Shown here piece after piece: positions 30,959 through 42,637 of a stretch of 64,000 bases of DNA. Positions within the stretch are counted from its first letter, which is position 1. Each line of letters begins with the position of its first letter. Source of the stretch: an uncultured Verrucomicrobiae bacterium (GTDB lineage Bacteria; Verrucomicrobiota; Verrucomicrobiia; Chthoniobacterales; Chthoniobacteraceae); assembly GCA_963769025.1 (NCBI GenBank), contig CAVYKI010000009.1, positions 224,001 to 288,000 on the forward strand. The letters run 5' to 3'. The position numbers and the translations under genes are program-made. The notes below the pieces were generated by a model. It was not told where the DNA came from. It saw only the letters and a list, made by a program, of their open reading frames with translations, and searched no databases.

Positions 30959-32480
30959 ATGAACCAACGATTCCTCGCCCATTCCCTCCGTCTCGCACTG
31001 CTCGCGCCGCTCGCCTTTGCGACGCTGGCGGGGGCGGAGAACAAGCTTCCGGACATCGTCGTGGATGGGAAGCCGCTGGCACGCACCAGCGAGAACAGCT
31101 ATGCGCCGATCGTGGAAAAGGTGTCGCCGAGCGTCGTCACGATTTCCATCAGCAAGAACATGCGCGATGCGGCCAAGTCGGCGGCCCCGGCGCAAACAAC
31201 CCGCTGCTGAACGATCCGTTCTTCCGCAAGTTCTTCGGCGTGCCGGAGGACGAGCAGGGCGGCGGCAAGGACATCGGCAGGGGCCGCAAGCGCCAGATGC
31301 CCGTCGGCCTCGGCAGCGGCGTCATCGTGAGCAAGGACGGATACATCATCACCAACAACCACGTGGTGGAGCAGGCGGATGAAATCACCGTGACGCTCGC
31401 GGACGGGAGAACGGAGATGAAGGCGACGAAGATCGGCTCGGACCCCGGCAGCGACATCGCGGTCATCAAGGTCGATGCAAAGGACCTGAAGCCGATCACT
31501 TTCACCGACAGCGACACGATCAAGGTCGGGCGACAACGTGCTGGCTGTCGGCAATCCGTTCGCGCTGCGGCAGACCGTGACGCGGGGAATCATCTCGGCG
31601 GTCGGGCGCACGCAGACGGGTCTCTCGGAGTTCGGCAATTTCATCCAGACGGATGCGTCCATCAACCCGGGCAACTCCGGCGGTGCGCTTGTGGATCTCC
31701 TCGGGCGGCTCGTCGGCATCAACTCGGCCATCTTCAGCCAGAGCGGCGGCAACATGGGCATCGGCTTCGCGGTCCCCGCGAACCAGGCGCGCAGCGTGAT
31801 GGAGAGCCTCATCAAGTACGGCAAGGTGATGCGCGGCTTCCTCGGCATCCAGATGCAGGAGCTGGACGAGAAGCTCGCGAAGGAATTCAAGGCGCCGAAC
31901 AAGGATGGCATCCTCGTGGCGGAGGTCGTGCCCGGCGGCGGCGCGGCGAAGGCCGGCGTGAAGAGCGGCGACGTGATCACCGAATTGAACGGCAAGGCCG
32001 TGGACGACATCGCGGGCTTCAAAAACACCATCGCCGAGCATGATGCCCGGCTCGAAGGTGGACCTGAAAGTATTCCGCAACGGGAAGCCGGAAACGATCG
32101 CCGTGACGCTCGTCGAACGTGGCGGCAATGGCGTGGCCCTCGGCACCCCTGTGCCGCCGGCCGCCGTTCCTGCCAAGGTGCCGGACGTGCTCGATGGCGT
32201 GACGGTGGCCGACGTGAATGCGGAATTCCGCAAGCGCTTCTCGATCGGCGACGACGTGAATGGCGCCCTCGTGACGCAGGTAAGCCCCGACTCTGCGTGC
32301 GCCGACGCGGACGTGCGGCCCGGCGACGTCATCGTGGACATCGACGGCAAAAAGGTGGCAAGCGCCGACGAAGCCGTGAAGCTCAGCGAGGACGTGAAGA
32401 CAAAGTCGTCCGTCCGCCTGCGCATCAACCGCAAGGGCGCGACGCAGTTTGTCGTCGTCGAGGAGCGGAAGGAAAACTGA
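30959..32480 (+). CDS. DegP/DegQ (HtrA) periplasmic serine protease with two PDZ domains; frameshifted
   Basis: Signal peptide, [41 protein letters not shown]. Confidence 0.92.
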
Positions 32481-32496
32481 CACGCATCGCGCCTGC

Positions 32497-32536
32497 AAAG
32501 GCGCGCCGGCTTACACGGCCGCGCGCCTTTTCTTTT
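32497..32536 (+). terminator. Intrinsic terminator after the HtrA gene
   Basis: AAAGGCGCGC…GCGCGCCTTT stem followed by TCTTTT. Confidence 0.7.
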
Positions 32537-32575
32537 CCCTCGACGAAGCGGCGTCCGCCCGCATTGTTCGGGGCG

Positions 32576-34407
32576 ATGTTCACTCACTTTTTCGACAAGG
32601 ACGAAGCCGGCTCAGCCATCCCCACACGCGCCGAGGTGAAGGTGGGGGACACGTGGGATCTCGCGCCGCTCTACCCCTCGACAGCGGACTGGACCGCGGA
32701 CTTCGCAGTGCTCCAGGGCGAGTATCCGGCCATCGCCGAATTCCGCGGGAAAATCGGCCGGTCTGCGGCCGAACTTCGTGGCATGCTGGAGTGCGACGAG
32801 CGCATCAGCCGCCGCATCGAGCGCCTCGGCCAGTACGCTTCGCTGCGGGCGGCCGAGGATTCCTCCGATCCCGGCGAACCTCGCGCGCGAGGCGCAGCTC
32901 CAGAATCTGCTCACGAAGGTCGGCGAGGCTGTCCTCATTCGTCGTGCCGGAGATCCAGGCCATCGACGACAAGATGTTCGCCAGTTTCCTCGCCGATCCC
33001 GTGCTCGCGGAGTGGCGGATTCACTTGGAAAGGATCCGCCGCCTCAAGCCGCATACGCTCAGCAGCGCCGAGGAGCGCCTGCTTGCGCTCGGCGCCAGCG
33101 CGATGACGGGGCACGACGAGACATTCTCGCAGCTCACAAACGTGGACATGAAATTTGGCGTGCTCACCGACGAGAAGGGAAATGAGCGCGCGCTTTCGCA
33201 GAGCAGCTTCGCGTCCTTCCTCCAAAAGCGCGACCCGGAGATCCGCAAGCGCGCCTTTCACCAGTTCTACGCGGAGTTCGCCGATCACAAATTCACCCTC
33301 GCCTCCACGCTCGCCAACTCGATCAAGGCCGACGTCTTCCGCGCACGCGCCCGCAATTATCCCGAGCGCCCGCGAGGCCGCGCTCTTCCACGACGACGTG
33401 CCGGCTTCCGTGTACGACAACCTCATCTCGACCGTTCGCGCGAACCTGCAGCCGATGTTCCGCTACTACGCGCTGCGCAAGCGCGTGCTCGGCCTCGCGG
33501 AAATCCACCAATACGACACCTACGTGCCCATCGTGGCGAGCGTGGAAAAGCACACGTCCTTCGACGAGGCCATCGAACTTTGCCTCGGCGCACTGAAGCC
33601 GCTCGGCGACGAATACCTCGGGGTGCTCGCCGCCGGCATGAAGCAGCAGCGCTGGTGCGACCGTTACGAGAGCAAGGGCAAGCGCAGCGGCGCGTTCAGC
33701 AGCGGCAGCTACGGCAACCCGCCGTACATCCTCATGAACTACAAGGACGACGTCTTCGCCGATGTCTTCACGCTCGCGCACGAGGCCGGGCACTCGATGC
33801 ACACGTGGCATGCGAACGGCGCGCAGCGCTGGCAGGACGCGAACTACCCGATCTTCCTCGCGGAGGTCGCGAGCACGTTCAACGAGGAGCTGCTCACGCA
33901 TCATCTCCTCGGAGCAGACCACCGATCGCGACGATGCGCGCCTACCTCATCAACCGGCAGCTCGATGACATCCGCGGCACGGTGTACCGGCAGACGATGT
34001 TTGCGGAGTTCGAAAAGATCACCCACGCGATGGAGGAGGCCGGCGAACCCGTGACGCTCGACACGATTCGCAAGGCATATCGCGAATTGCTCGACGTGTA
34101 CTTCGGCCCGGACTTCGTCATCGACGACGAACTCGAACTCGAATGCCTGCGCATCCCGCATTTCTACAATGCGTTCTACGTCTATAAATACGCCACCGGC
34201 CTGAGCGCCGCTGTCGCGCTCAGCGAGCAGGTGCTCACGACCGGCGACGCCACGCGCTACCTCGGCTTTCTGCGGAGCGGCGGCTCGGAATTCCCGATCC
34301 CCACGCTGCGCAAGGCCGGCGTGGACATGTCCTCGCCTGCGCCTGTCGAGGCGACGCTGCAACTTTTCGCGCGCCGCGTGGAGGAACTCGAGTCCCTGCT
34401 CGCGTAG
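32576..34407 (+). CDS. pepF: Oligoendopeptidase F (M3B); frameshifted
   Basis: [50 protein letters not shown]…YVYKYATG. Confidence 0.92.
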
Positions 34408-34462
34408 AAATGAAGGCTTGCCAGCCGGAAAGGGCCGCATCTTTTTTCAAGACGACAAATCC

Positions 34463-34960
34463 GTGACACCCGAGATCGACATCGCCCACAAGCGCCTGCT
34501 CCTGGCAGCACAGGGCTACAGCGAGTTGGGGCTCCCCGAACTCGCCCTCGATGAACTGAATCTCCTCCCCGAGGACATCCGTGGAAGCGCGCTCGGGGTC
34601 GAATCCCGGCTCTCCGTCCTCATGCAGGCCCGGCGCTGGAAACGCGCGCTGAGCGTGGGGCGCGAGCTTTGCCGCCTCGCGCCGGACAGGACGGCGGGCT
34701 TCATCCACACTGCGTTCTGCCTCCACGAGCTGGGCAAGAGCCGCGAGGCGCTGGAAGTCCTGAACAGCGGTCCGGCGGCGCTGAAAGCCGAGCCGACCTA
34801 CCACTACAATCTCGCATGCTACGAGGCCGCGCTCGGCAACATCGAGCAGGCGCGTGCGCACCTGAACGTGAGCTTCGCGATGGACAAGTCGCTGAAGGAC
34901 TACGCGCGCACCGACCCGGACCTGAAGCCGCTCGCGCTGTCGGAAGGCAAGGGGAACTGA
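34463..34960 (+). CDS. TPR-repeat protein
   Basis: LLAAQGYSELG, GFIHTAFCLHELG, HYNLACYEAALG…ARTDPDL. Confidence 0.8.
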   Translation: MTPEIDIAHKRLLLAAQGYSELGLPELALDELNLLPEDIRGSALGVESRLSVLMQARRWKRALSVGRELCRLAPDRTAGFIHTAFCLHELGKSREALEVLNSGPAALKAEPTYHYNLACYEAALGNIEQARAHLNVSFAMDKSLKDYARTDPDLKPLALSEGKGN

Positions 34961-34961
34961 C

Positions 34962-35039
34962 GGCAGGGGCTGCCGCCGGAACGCCCGCGCAAATGCGCCC
35001 GCGATAAGATCTGTGCGTCCTCGGCGGGGCCGCCCTACC
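34962..35039. repeat. Degenerate GTAG-type REP doublet
   Basis: GGCAGGGGCTGCCGCCGGAACGCC … GCGTCCTCGGCGGGGCCGCCCTACC. Confidence 0.5.
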
Positions 35040-35051
35040 ATCGCACAACGC

Positions 35052-36182
35052 ATGGACACCGACCGCATCTCCGCGCTCTTTCACGAAAACTTCGCACTGC
35101 ACGGCGACCTCGGCGCCTCGCTCAGCGTGTGGCGCGACGGCCGCGAGGTGATCGCGCTCGCCGGCGGCTGGCGCGACCGCGAGAAAACCGTGCCGTGGAC
35201 GACCGCCACGCCGGTGCTCGTGTGGAGCGCCACGAAAGGCCCCGCCGCCGCGTGCGTCCTGCATGCGATGCAGGAGCACGGCATCACGCCCGCCGTCCGC
35301 GTCGCGGAAGTGTGGCCAGAATTTGCCGCGCAGGGCAAAGGCGCGATCACCTTCGGCCAGGCGCTCTCGCATCAGTCCGGCGTCCCGGCGCTCGAACGGC
35401 TCGTGCCCGTGCTCGACCACGCCGCCGTCGCGCAGGCCATCGCGGAACAGGCGCCGTATTGGGATCCGGGGACCGCTCACGGTTACGGTCCGCGGCTCTT
35501 CGGCTACCTCCTCGATGAACTCGTGCGCCGCCTCGACGGCCGGACGCTCGGCGAATATTGGCGCGCCGAGTTCGCCGAACCGCTCCGCCTGGATTTCTGG
35601 ATGGGCGTTCCCGAGGACACCGTCGCGCATGTCGCGCCCATCTTCCCGCCGAAGGCCGCGCCGCCGAAGGACCGCTTCTACACCGCATTTGTCACACCCG
35701 GCTCGCTCACGCTCCGCGCATTCGGCTCGCCCGAGGGACTCAAAAGCGTCGCCGCCATGAATGCCCCCGGGGGCCGCCGCGCCTCGCTCCCCGGCTTTGG
35801 CGGAATCGGCACCGCCGCCGCGCTCGCGAAATTCTACGCCATGCTCGCAGCCGGCGGCACGCTCGATGGACGCACGTTTTTCCAGCCGCAGACCCTCGCG
35901 TGGATGCACACCACGCTCGCCCAGGGCGACGACCGCGTGCTGCTCATCGATACCGCATTCTCCGCCGGCTTCATGCGCGACCCCGTTTCGTTCGCCGGGG
36001 AAAAGCAGCGCGCCATCTTCGGTCCGTCGCCATCCGCATTCGGCCATCCCGGCGCCGGCGGCAGCCACGCCTTCGCCGACCCGGAGCACCGCATCGCCTT
36101 CGCCTACGCGATGAACCAGATGGAACCTGGCGTCCTCCCTGGCCCGAAGGCGCTACGGCTCATCGAGGCGATCTACGACTGA
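35052..36182 (+). CDS. Serine hydrolase, beta-lactamase/EstB family
   Basis: SxxK = WSATKG, LSHQSG, PGTAHGY, FGHPGAGG. Confidence 0.9.
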   Translation: MDTDRISALFHENFALHGDLGASLSVWRDGREVIALAGGWRDREKTVPWTTATPVLVWSATKGPAAACVLHAMQEHGITPAVRVAEVWPEFAAQGKGAITFGQALSHQSGVPALERLVPVLDHAAVAQAIAEQAPYWDPGTAHGYGPRLFGYLLDELVRRLDGRTLGEYWRAEFAEPLRLDFWMGVPEDTVAHVAPIFPPKAAPPKDRFYTAFVTPGSLTLRAFGSPEGLKSVAAMNAPGGRRASLPGFGGIGTAAALAKFYAMLAAGGTLDGRTFFQPQTLAWMHTTLAQGDDRVLLIDTAFSAGFMRDPVSFAGEKQRAIFGPSPSAFGHPGAGGSHAFADPEHRIAFAYAMNQMEPGVLPGPKALRLIEAIYD

Positions 36183-36332
36183 AATTTCTGGCCGGCACGG
36201 CATTCAATGTGGGGCTCGATCAAATGCTCATCGTGGCAACCATAGACAGGGGCCGCAGCGGCTTCTGTCCAGAGGACGCGGACCACTCAGATCGGGCCTG
36301 CAAAATGCCCCGCGCAGTGATTGTCCCTAAAC

Positions 36333-37589
36333 ATGCGTACCCTCCCCCAACAAATGGTCGCCCTTGTGGCACTCGTTACCACCGTCAGTGCCGCCGACTG
36401 GCCGCAGTTTCGCGGGCCCGGAGGTTCCGCTACAAGCGCCGACACGGGCACTCCGGTCACTTGGTCCGGCACTGAAGGCATCGCTTGGAAAACCGCGCTG
36501 CCCGGCGCAGGCACATCGAGCCCGATTCTTGTGGGCTCACGCATTTTTCTCACCGCCTACACCGGCTTCAATGTTCCCGGCGAGCCCGACGGATCGCAGG
36601 AGACTCTCAGGCGGCACGTCCTTTGCCTGAACCGGGCCGATGGCAAGATCCTGTGGAAGACCGATGTCCCGTCAAAACTTCCCGAGGAAAACAAGATCCG
36701 CGACGGCCATGGCTACGCTTCGAGCACGCCGGTCAGCGACGGGCAGAGCGTGTTTGTGTTCTTCGGGAAGTCCGGTGTGTTCTCGCTGGATCTCGCCGGG
36801 AAGATCCAATGGCACGCGGAAGTCGGCGACGGTCTGAACGGCTGGGGCTCCGCAGCGTCACCTATCCTCCACGGCAATCTGGTCATCATCAATGCGAGCG
36901 TCGAGAGCGGGTCGCTGATCGCCCTCGACAAGAGGACCGGCAAGGAGGTCTGGCGTGCCGGCGGGATCAAGGAATCATGGAACACGCCGGTGCTCGCCAC
37001 GACTCCTGACGGCAAGACCGAACTCGTCGTCGCAATCTTCGGCAAGGTCCTCGGCTTCGATCCTGACAAGGGCACGCAACTCTGGTCCTGCGAGACGCAA
37101 ATTCCGTGGTACATGGTCCCCAGCATCGTGGCCGAAAAGGGTGTCGTCTATTGCATCGGCGGACGCAGCGGCGGCGGCGCGCTCGCGGTCCGGACCGGAG
37201 GGCGCGGCGACGTGAGCGGATCGCACCGCCTGTGGGTCGGGAAGAAGGGGTCCAACGTCTCCTCACCAGTCGTCCATGCCGGCCATCTCTATTGGGCGAA
37301 CGACAGCCTTCCGGTTGTCAGTTGCGCCAGTGCCGCCACCGGTGAAGTGCTCTACTCGGAACGGGTACCCGGCGCCGATCAGTTTTACCCGTCGCCTGTG
37401 CTCGCCGATGGAAAGCTCTACTACCTCACCCGCGGCGGGCAGGTGTTCGTGGTTGCGGCGAAGCCGGCTTTCGAACTGCTGGCCACCAATAAATTCGGCG
37501 AACGCGCAATGTTCAACTCTTCTCCCGTCGTCGCAGATCGCCGCGTCTTCGTCCGCTCCGACCGATGGCTCTACTGTGTGGGAAAATAG
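36333..37589 (+). CDS. Secreted PQQ-binding-like beta-propeller repeat protein
   Basis: AADWPQFRGPGG, SSPI, YASSTPVSDG, ALDKRTGKEVW. Confidence 0.88.
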   Translation: MRTLPQQMVALVALVTTVSAADWPQFRGPGGSATSADTGTPVTWSGTEGIAWKTALPGAGTSSPILVGSRIFLTAYTGFNVPGEPDGSQETLRRHVLCLNRADGKILWKTDVPSKLPEENKIRDGHGYASSTPVSDGQSVFVFFGKSGVFSLDLAGKIQWHAEVGDGLNGWGSAASPILHGNLVIINASVESGSLIALDKRTGKEVWRAGGIKESWNTPVLATTPDGKTELVVAIFGKVLGFDPDKGTQLWSCETQIPWYMVPSIVAEKGVVYCIGGRSGGGALAVRTGGRGDVSGSHRLWVGKKGSNVSSPVVHAGHLYWANDSLPVVSCASAATGEVLYSERVPGADQFYPSPVLADGKLYYLTRGGQVFVVAAKPAFELLATNKFGERAMFNSSPVVADRRVFVRSDRWLYCVGK

Positions 37590-37613
37590 CGCATCCCGTT
37601 TGCAGGATGCGCT
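37588..37613. terminator. Hairpin immediately after the beta-propeller gene
   Basis: 9-bp stem AGCGCATCC / GGATGCGCT; weak U-tract. Confidence 0.45.
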
Positions 37614-37854
37614 GTTCGCTCAGCAGGCGATAGACGCGGGTCCGGTGTCAGTCCGCCATTGCGTGCGGCTTGCGAGGCATTCTCCCAAGTTCGCGCAAAT
37701 CTGTTTTGCCTCCCTTCTTTTCCAATCCGGGTGGACTTGAAGCGACGTTTCCATTGTTCGCTACCCGAGTCCCACGTCGAGAACGCGCAGCAAGAAAGAA
37801 GGGCTTGCCGGGTTGCTTGTGAATGGATGCCGCAGGGCATCACATCCATCCGTT

Positions 37855-38484
37855 TCAACGCCGTTCCTCTGTGCCGCGTTTCACCCTGAGTCCGCCCTCC
37901 GTTTCAGGCCGGAACGGACGCAGGGGTTCGAGTCCACTCCCCGGTACTTCCGACGACGCAGCGATGGCGATGGGAGTGGGAGTCTGGCTGTCGGACGCGA
38001 CGAGCCTGTCGAGGTCCTTCACCATGCGCCGGACGTGCGGATATTTGGTACGCTTGCTGAGCACGGCGAGGGATTTGCGGTCGTCACCCCACTCGAGAAT
38101 CTGGATGTTCACGGTGCGCACGCCCCACGCGTTCATGGCGCGGCGCGTGGGCTTGTAGAGATCGATCGTGTTGCGGCCCGAAAGCGCCCAGCCGATGTCG
38201 TCCACTTTGCAAGTCTCGCCGGTGTCGAGGATCCGGAACGTGGTGCCGAGCGGCCAGCGCGACCAGTCGGCGGCTGCGCTGCGGACGGCGCCGTAAGAGA
38301 GCGTGGTGCCGATGCAGGTCTTGCACCCGTGCTGCAGGTGATCGCTTTCGCTGTGCGTGTAGGCGGTCGTGCGGACGCGCTGGAATTGCGTGCGCGCGAT
38401 GGGCTTTTCGTAGGGGGGCAGCGAGCGTCCGCAGGAGGCGAAGACCATGGCGGCTGCTGCCAGAAGGAGGAGGCGTGTCGGCAT
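37855..38484 (-). CDS. 3D-domain lipoprotein
   Basis: Lipobox FASC, RTTAY, AAADWSRWPLGT, VDDIG, TIDLY, AWG. Confidence 0.85.
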   Translation of the reverse strand: MPTRLLLLAAAAMVFASCGRSLPPYEKPIARTQFQRVRTTAYTHSESDHLQHGCKTCIGTTLSYGAVRSAAADWSRWPLGTTFRILDTGETCKVDDIGWALSGRNTIDLYKPTRRAMNAWGVRTVNIQILEWGDDRKSLAVLSKRTKYPHVRRMVKDLDRLVASDSQTPTPIAIAASSEVPGSGLEPLRPFRPETEGGLRVKRGTEERR

Positions 38485-38564
38485 GGACGCGTGGGTTAGC
38501 ACAAAAGCTCCGCGACGCCAACGAGACTCTCGGGCTTATTCCGCGGATGGTTTTCGGAGCGGAG

Positions 38565-41158
38565 CTATTTTGAGAATGCGATCTTCCCGTCCTTTGCGTC
38601 CGCCGTGATCGTCTGGCCCTCGCGGAAAGTGCCGGCGAGGATTTCCAGGCTGAGCGGGTCGAGGAGCTCGCGCTGGATGGCGCGCTTCAGCGGGCGCGCG
38701 CCATAGACGGGGTCGTAGCCTTCGCGGGCGAGGTGCAGCTTCGCGGCGTCGGTGAGGTCGAGCGTGAGCTTTTGCGTCGGCGAGGCGCTTGACCAGGCGC
38801 GCGAGCTGGATGCTCGACGATCTGCGCGAGGTCGTCGTCGCTGAGCCGGTCGAAGATGATCGTCTCGTCGACGCGGTTCAGGAACTCGGGGCGGAAGTGC
38901 CCGCGCAGCGCTTCCATCACGCGCGCTTCGCGCTGCTCGGCGTTTGCGTCGTCGAGGATGTACTGCGAGCCGATGTTGCTCGTCATGATGATGACCGTGT
39001 TCTTGAAATCCACCGTGCGGCCCTGGCCGTCGGTGATGCGGCCGTCGTCGAGCACCTGCAGCAGGACGTTGAAGACATCGTGGTGCGCCTTTTCGATCTC
39101 GTCGAAGAGCACGACGCGAATACGGCTTGCGGCGCACGGCTTCGGTGAGCTGGCCGCCTTCCTCGAAGCCGACGTAGCCGGGAGGCGCGCCGATGAGCCG
39201 CGCGACGCTGTGCTTCTCCATGTATTCGCTCATGTCGATGCGGATCATGGCGTTCTCGTCGTCGAAGAGGAACTCCGCGAGCGCGCGTGCGAGCTCGGTT
39301 TTGCCGACGCCGGTCGGGCCGAGGAAAATGAAGGAGCCGATGGGACGGTTCTCGTCCTGCAAGCCGGCGCGCGCGCGGCGCACGGCATTGCGACACGGCG
39401 GTGATCGCCTGCTTCTGGCCGATGACGCGCTCGCCGAGGCGCTCCTCCATCTTGACGAGCTTCTCGCGCTCGCCCTCGCGGAGATTCGAGACGGGGATGC
39501 CGGTCCACGCGGCGACGACCTTGGCGATGTCCTCCTCGGTGACTTCCTCCTTGCAGCATGGTGTCGCCGCTTCGCTGCGATCTCGGCGAGCTTGGCGTTG
39601 TGCGCGTCGAGCTTGCTGCTGCAGCTCGGGGATGCGGCCGTATTGAATCTCGCTCGCCTCGGCCGAGGTCGCCGCGGCGCTGCGCCTGCTCGAGTTCGGT
39701 GCGCAGCTGCTCGAGCTGCTCCGTCGAGCTTGCGCGGCTCGTCGATGACCGCCTTTTCCTTCTGCCACTGCGCCTTGAGCGCGGCGGACTTTTCTCCTGC
39801 AGATCGGCGAGCTCCTTTTCGAGCTTCTGCGAGGCGCTCCTTGCTCGCCGCGTCCTTCTCCTTTTTCAACGCCTGCCGCTCCATCTCGTGCTGCATGATC
39901 TCGCGCTCGAGCACGTCGATTTCCGTCGGCATGGAATCGAGTTCGATCTTCAGCCGCGACGCCGCTTCGTCCACGAGATCGACCGCCTTGTCCGGCAGAA
40001 AGCGGTCGCTGATGTAGCGGTGCGAAAGCGTCGCCGCGGCGACGAGCGCGGCGTCCTGAATGCGCACGCCGTGGTGGACTTCGTAGCGTTCCTTCAGCCC
40101 GCGCAGGATGGCGATGGTGTCCTCGACGCTCGGCTCATCGACCTTCACCGGCTGGAAGCGCCGCTCCAGCGCGGCGTCCTTTTCGATGTACTTGCGATAC
40201 TCGTCGAGCGTCGTCGCGCCGATGGTGCGCAGTTCGCCGCGCGCGAGCTGCGGCTTGAGCATGTTGCCCGCATCCACCGCGCCCTCGCTCGCGCCCGCGC
40301 CGACGATGGTGTGCAGCTCGTCGATGAAGAGAATGATCTCGCCCTGCGAGTCGGTGACTTCCTTGAGGAACGCCTTGAGCCGATCCTCGAATTCGCCGCG
40401 GAACTTCGCGCCGGCGATCATCGCGCCGATGTCCATCGCGATGAGCTTCTTGTTCTTCAGCGACTCCGGCACGTCGCCCGCGACGATGCGCCGCGCGAGC
40501 CCCTCGACGATCGCCGTCTTGCCCACGCCCGGCTCGCCGATGAGCACCGGATTGTTTTTCGTGCGGCGCGAGAGCACCTGCATCATGCGGCGGATTTCGT
40601 CGTCGCGCCCGATGACCGGATCGATCTTCCCCTTCCGCGCGAGCGTCGGTGAGGTCGCGCCCGTATTTCTCCAGCGTCTGGTATTTGCCCTCGGGATTCT
40701 GGTCCGTCACGCGCTGCGAACCGCGCACCTGCTGGAGCGCCTGCATGAGCTTTGTCGCGCGTGACGCCGGCGTCTTGCAGCAGCTTGCCGCGCGGCGACG
40801 CCGCTGTCGGCCAGCGCGAGGAGGTAGTGCTCCGCGCTCAGGTATTCGTCCTTCAGCTTCGCCATCTCCTTCTCCGCCTGCCGCAGAATCGCCAGCAGCT
40901 CGGCGGCGAGATTCGTCTGGGCCGTCATGCCCGTGCGCCTGCGCGCGTTTTGCAATCGCCGCCTCAAGCTGCGCCTGCACGTTCGCCACGTTGATGCCCG
41001 ATCTTTTCAAACAGCGGACGCGTGACGCCCTCTGGCTGCTCCAGCAGCGCGAGGAGGAAATGCTCGTTGTCGAATTCCGTGTGGTTGCGATTCGCCGCGA
41101 GTGACTGCGCGGCCTGCAGGGCCTCCTGCATGCGTTGGGTGAAACGATCGGTTCTCAT
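38565..41158 (-). CDS. clpB: ATP-dependent chaperone ClpB (multiple frameshifts)
   Basis: [27 protein letters not shown]-domain region, [40 protein letters not shown]. Confidence 0.95.
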
Positions 41159-41330
41159 GGGAGTTGGGAAAGTGTGACTCAGGCCTGCGCAGGATGCATT
41201 CCCGAACTTGTCCAGAGACGGGCGTGGATTGCCTGCGCCGGGCTGGCACGGCCAGTCACGTCATTGGCGCACCTGCGCAGGCGAAATGGCGCATCGTCGG
41301 AGTGCCACCGCACCCGGTGTCACGGGCGGA

Positions 41331-42499
41331 TTACACCTTCACCCACGTCCGCTTCGCGTGGCTCTTGAGGATGGCCTCGCACAGCTTCACTTCCTCGTGG
41401 CCGTCCTGCGCGGTGGCGAAGAGGGCGGGGGACTTGCCGCGGCTGGCGATGTGCTCGTAGATCGCAGCGGTAGTGCATCTTGTGCGAGTCGGGGAAACCC
41501 TCGGCGTGGCCGCCGGGGTAGTCGGTGAAATGCGCGATGTCCTTGTCGAAACCGGGAGCGCAGCGCTGCCGGATTTCGTTCGGCGTGTCGCGACGGCCGA
41601 TGTGGAGGACGTTCGGGTCCTGCAATTCCCAGCGCACGCTGCCCTCGCGTGCCGTAGATGCCGATGGCGAGGCTGCATTTCCACCCGGCGGCGACCTGCG
41701 AGATGCTCGCATTCGCGTGGACGCCGTCGGCGTTGCCGTGCGCGGATTTTCCGAACTGCAGCAGCACGCTGGCGAAATCCTCGGTGTCCACCTTGTAGCT
41801 CACCATGTCCTTCGGGTTCACCTTCGCAAAGGTCTTCACCTCGCCGCGCGGGCGCTTGCGGGTCTTGTGGAAAGTTTCGAGCATCGCGAAGACGGCGTCC
41901 GGCTTTGCGCCGAGGACGAAGGACACGGCGTCCATCCAGTGCGTGCCGATGTCGCCGACGGCGCGCAGCTTTCCGCCCTCGCTGGCGAGCAGGCGCCAGT
42001 TGTAGTCGGTCTCCTTCAGCAGCCAGTCCTGGAAAAAGTGGCCCTGCACGTGGATGATTTTCCCGAGGTCGCCGCGCTCGATCATCTTCCGCATTTGCAG
42101 CACTGCGGGGAAGAAGCGGCAGTTGTAGTTCACGGCGAAGACGCGGTCGCTTTTCGCCGCGGCCTTCACGACGCGCGCGGTGTCGGCGGTGTTCATGCCG
42201 AGCGGCTTTTCGCAGACGACGTGCTTGCCCGCCGCGAGCGCCGCGAGCGACTGCTCCACGTGCGCCTTGTTCGGCGAGGTGATGTGGACGACGTCGATGT
42301 TCGGCGACGCATACATCGCCTCGTAGTCGTAGCTGCCGTACACCTCCGGCACTCCCCACTTTTTCGCGAGCGCCAGCGCGCTGTCACGCGAGCCGCAGAG
42401 CGCGTTCACCTGCACGCCGAGCCGCTTGAGCGCCTCGAGATGGACGGGCCCGATGAAGCCGGTGCCGATGATGCCTGCGCGGAGATGGGAGAGGTTCAT
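41331..42499 (-). CDS. Gfo/Idh/MocA family oxidoreductase (frameshifted C-terminus)
   Basis: GIIGTGFIG, CEKPL, QDWLL, DIGTHW, PGGHAEGFPD. Confidence 0.88.
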
Positions 42500-42637
42500 G
42501 CGTTCAGTCGTAGCGCAGCACTCCCGAGCTGCGCAATCGTGCGTGCACAACAACGTCGTCATCGAACGCTCAACGCCCAAAGTGCGCATCACCGCCAGCC
42601 TTGCCACATTTCCGCCTCCCGCCTACACCGCTCGCGC

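Noticed and set aside
38565..41158. clpB and other split genes as pseudogenes
   Set aside because: Motifs are intact, housekeeping genes are affected, and the pattern fits sequencing indels.
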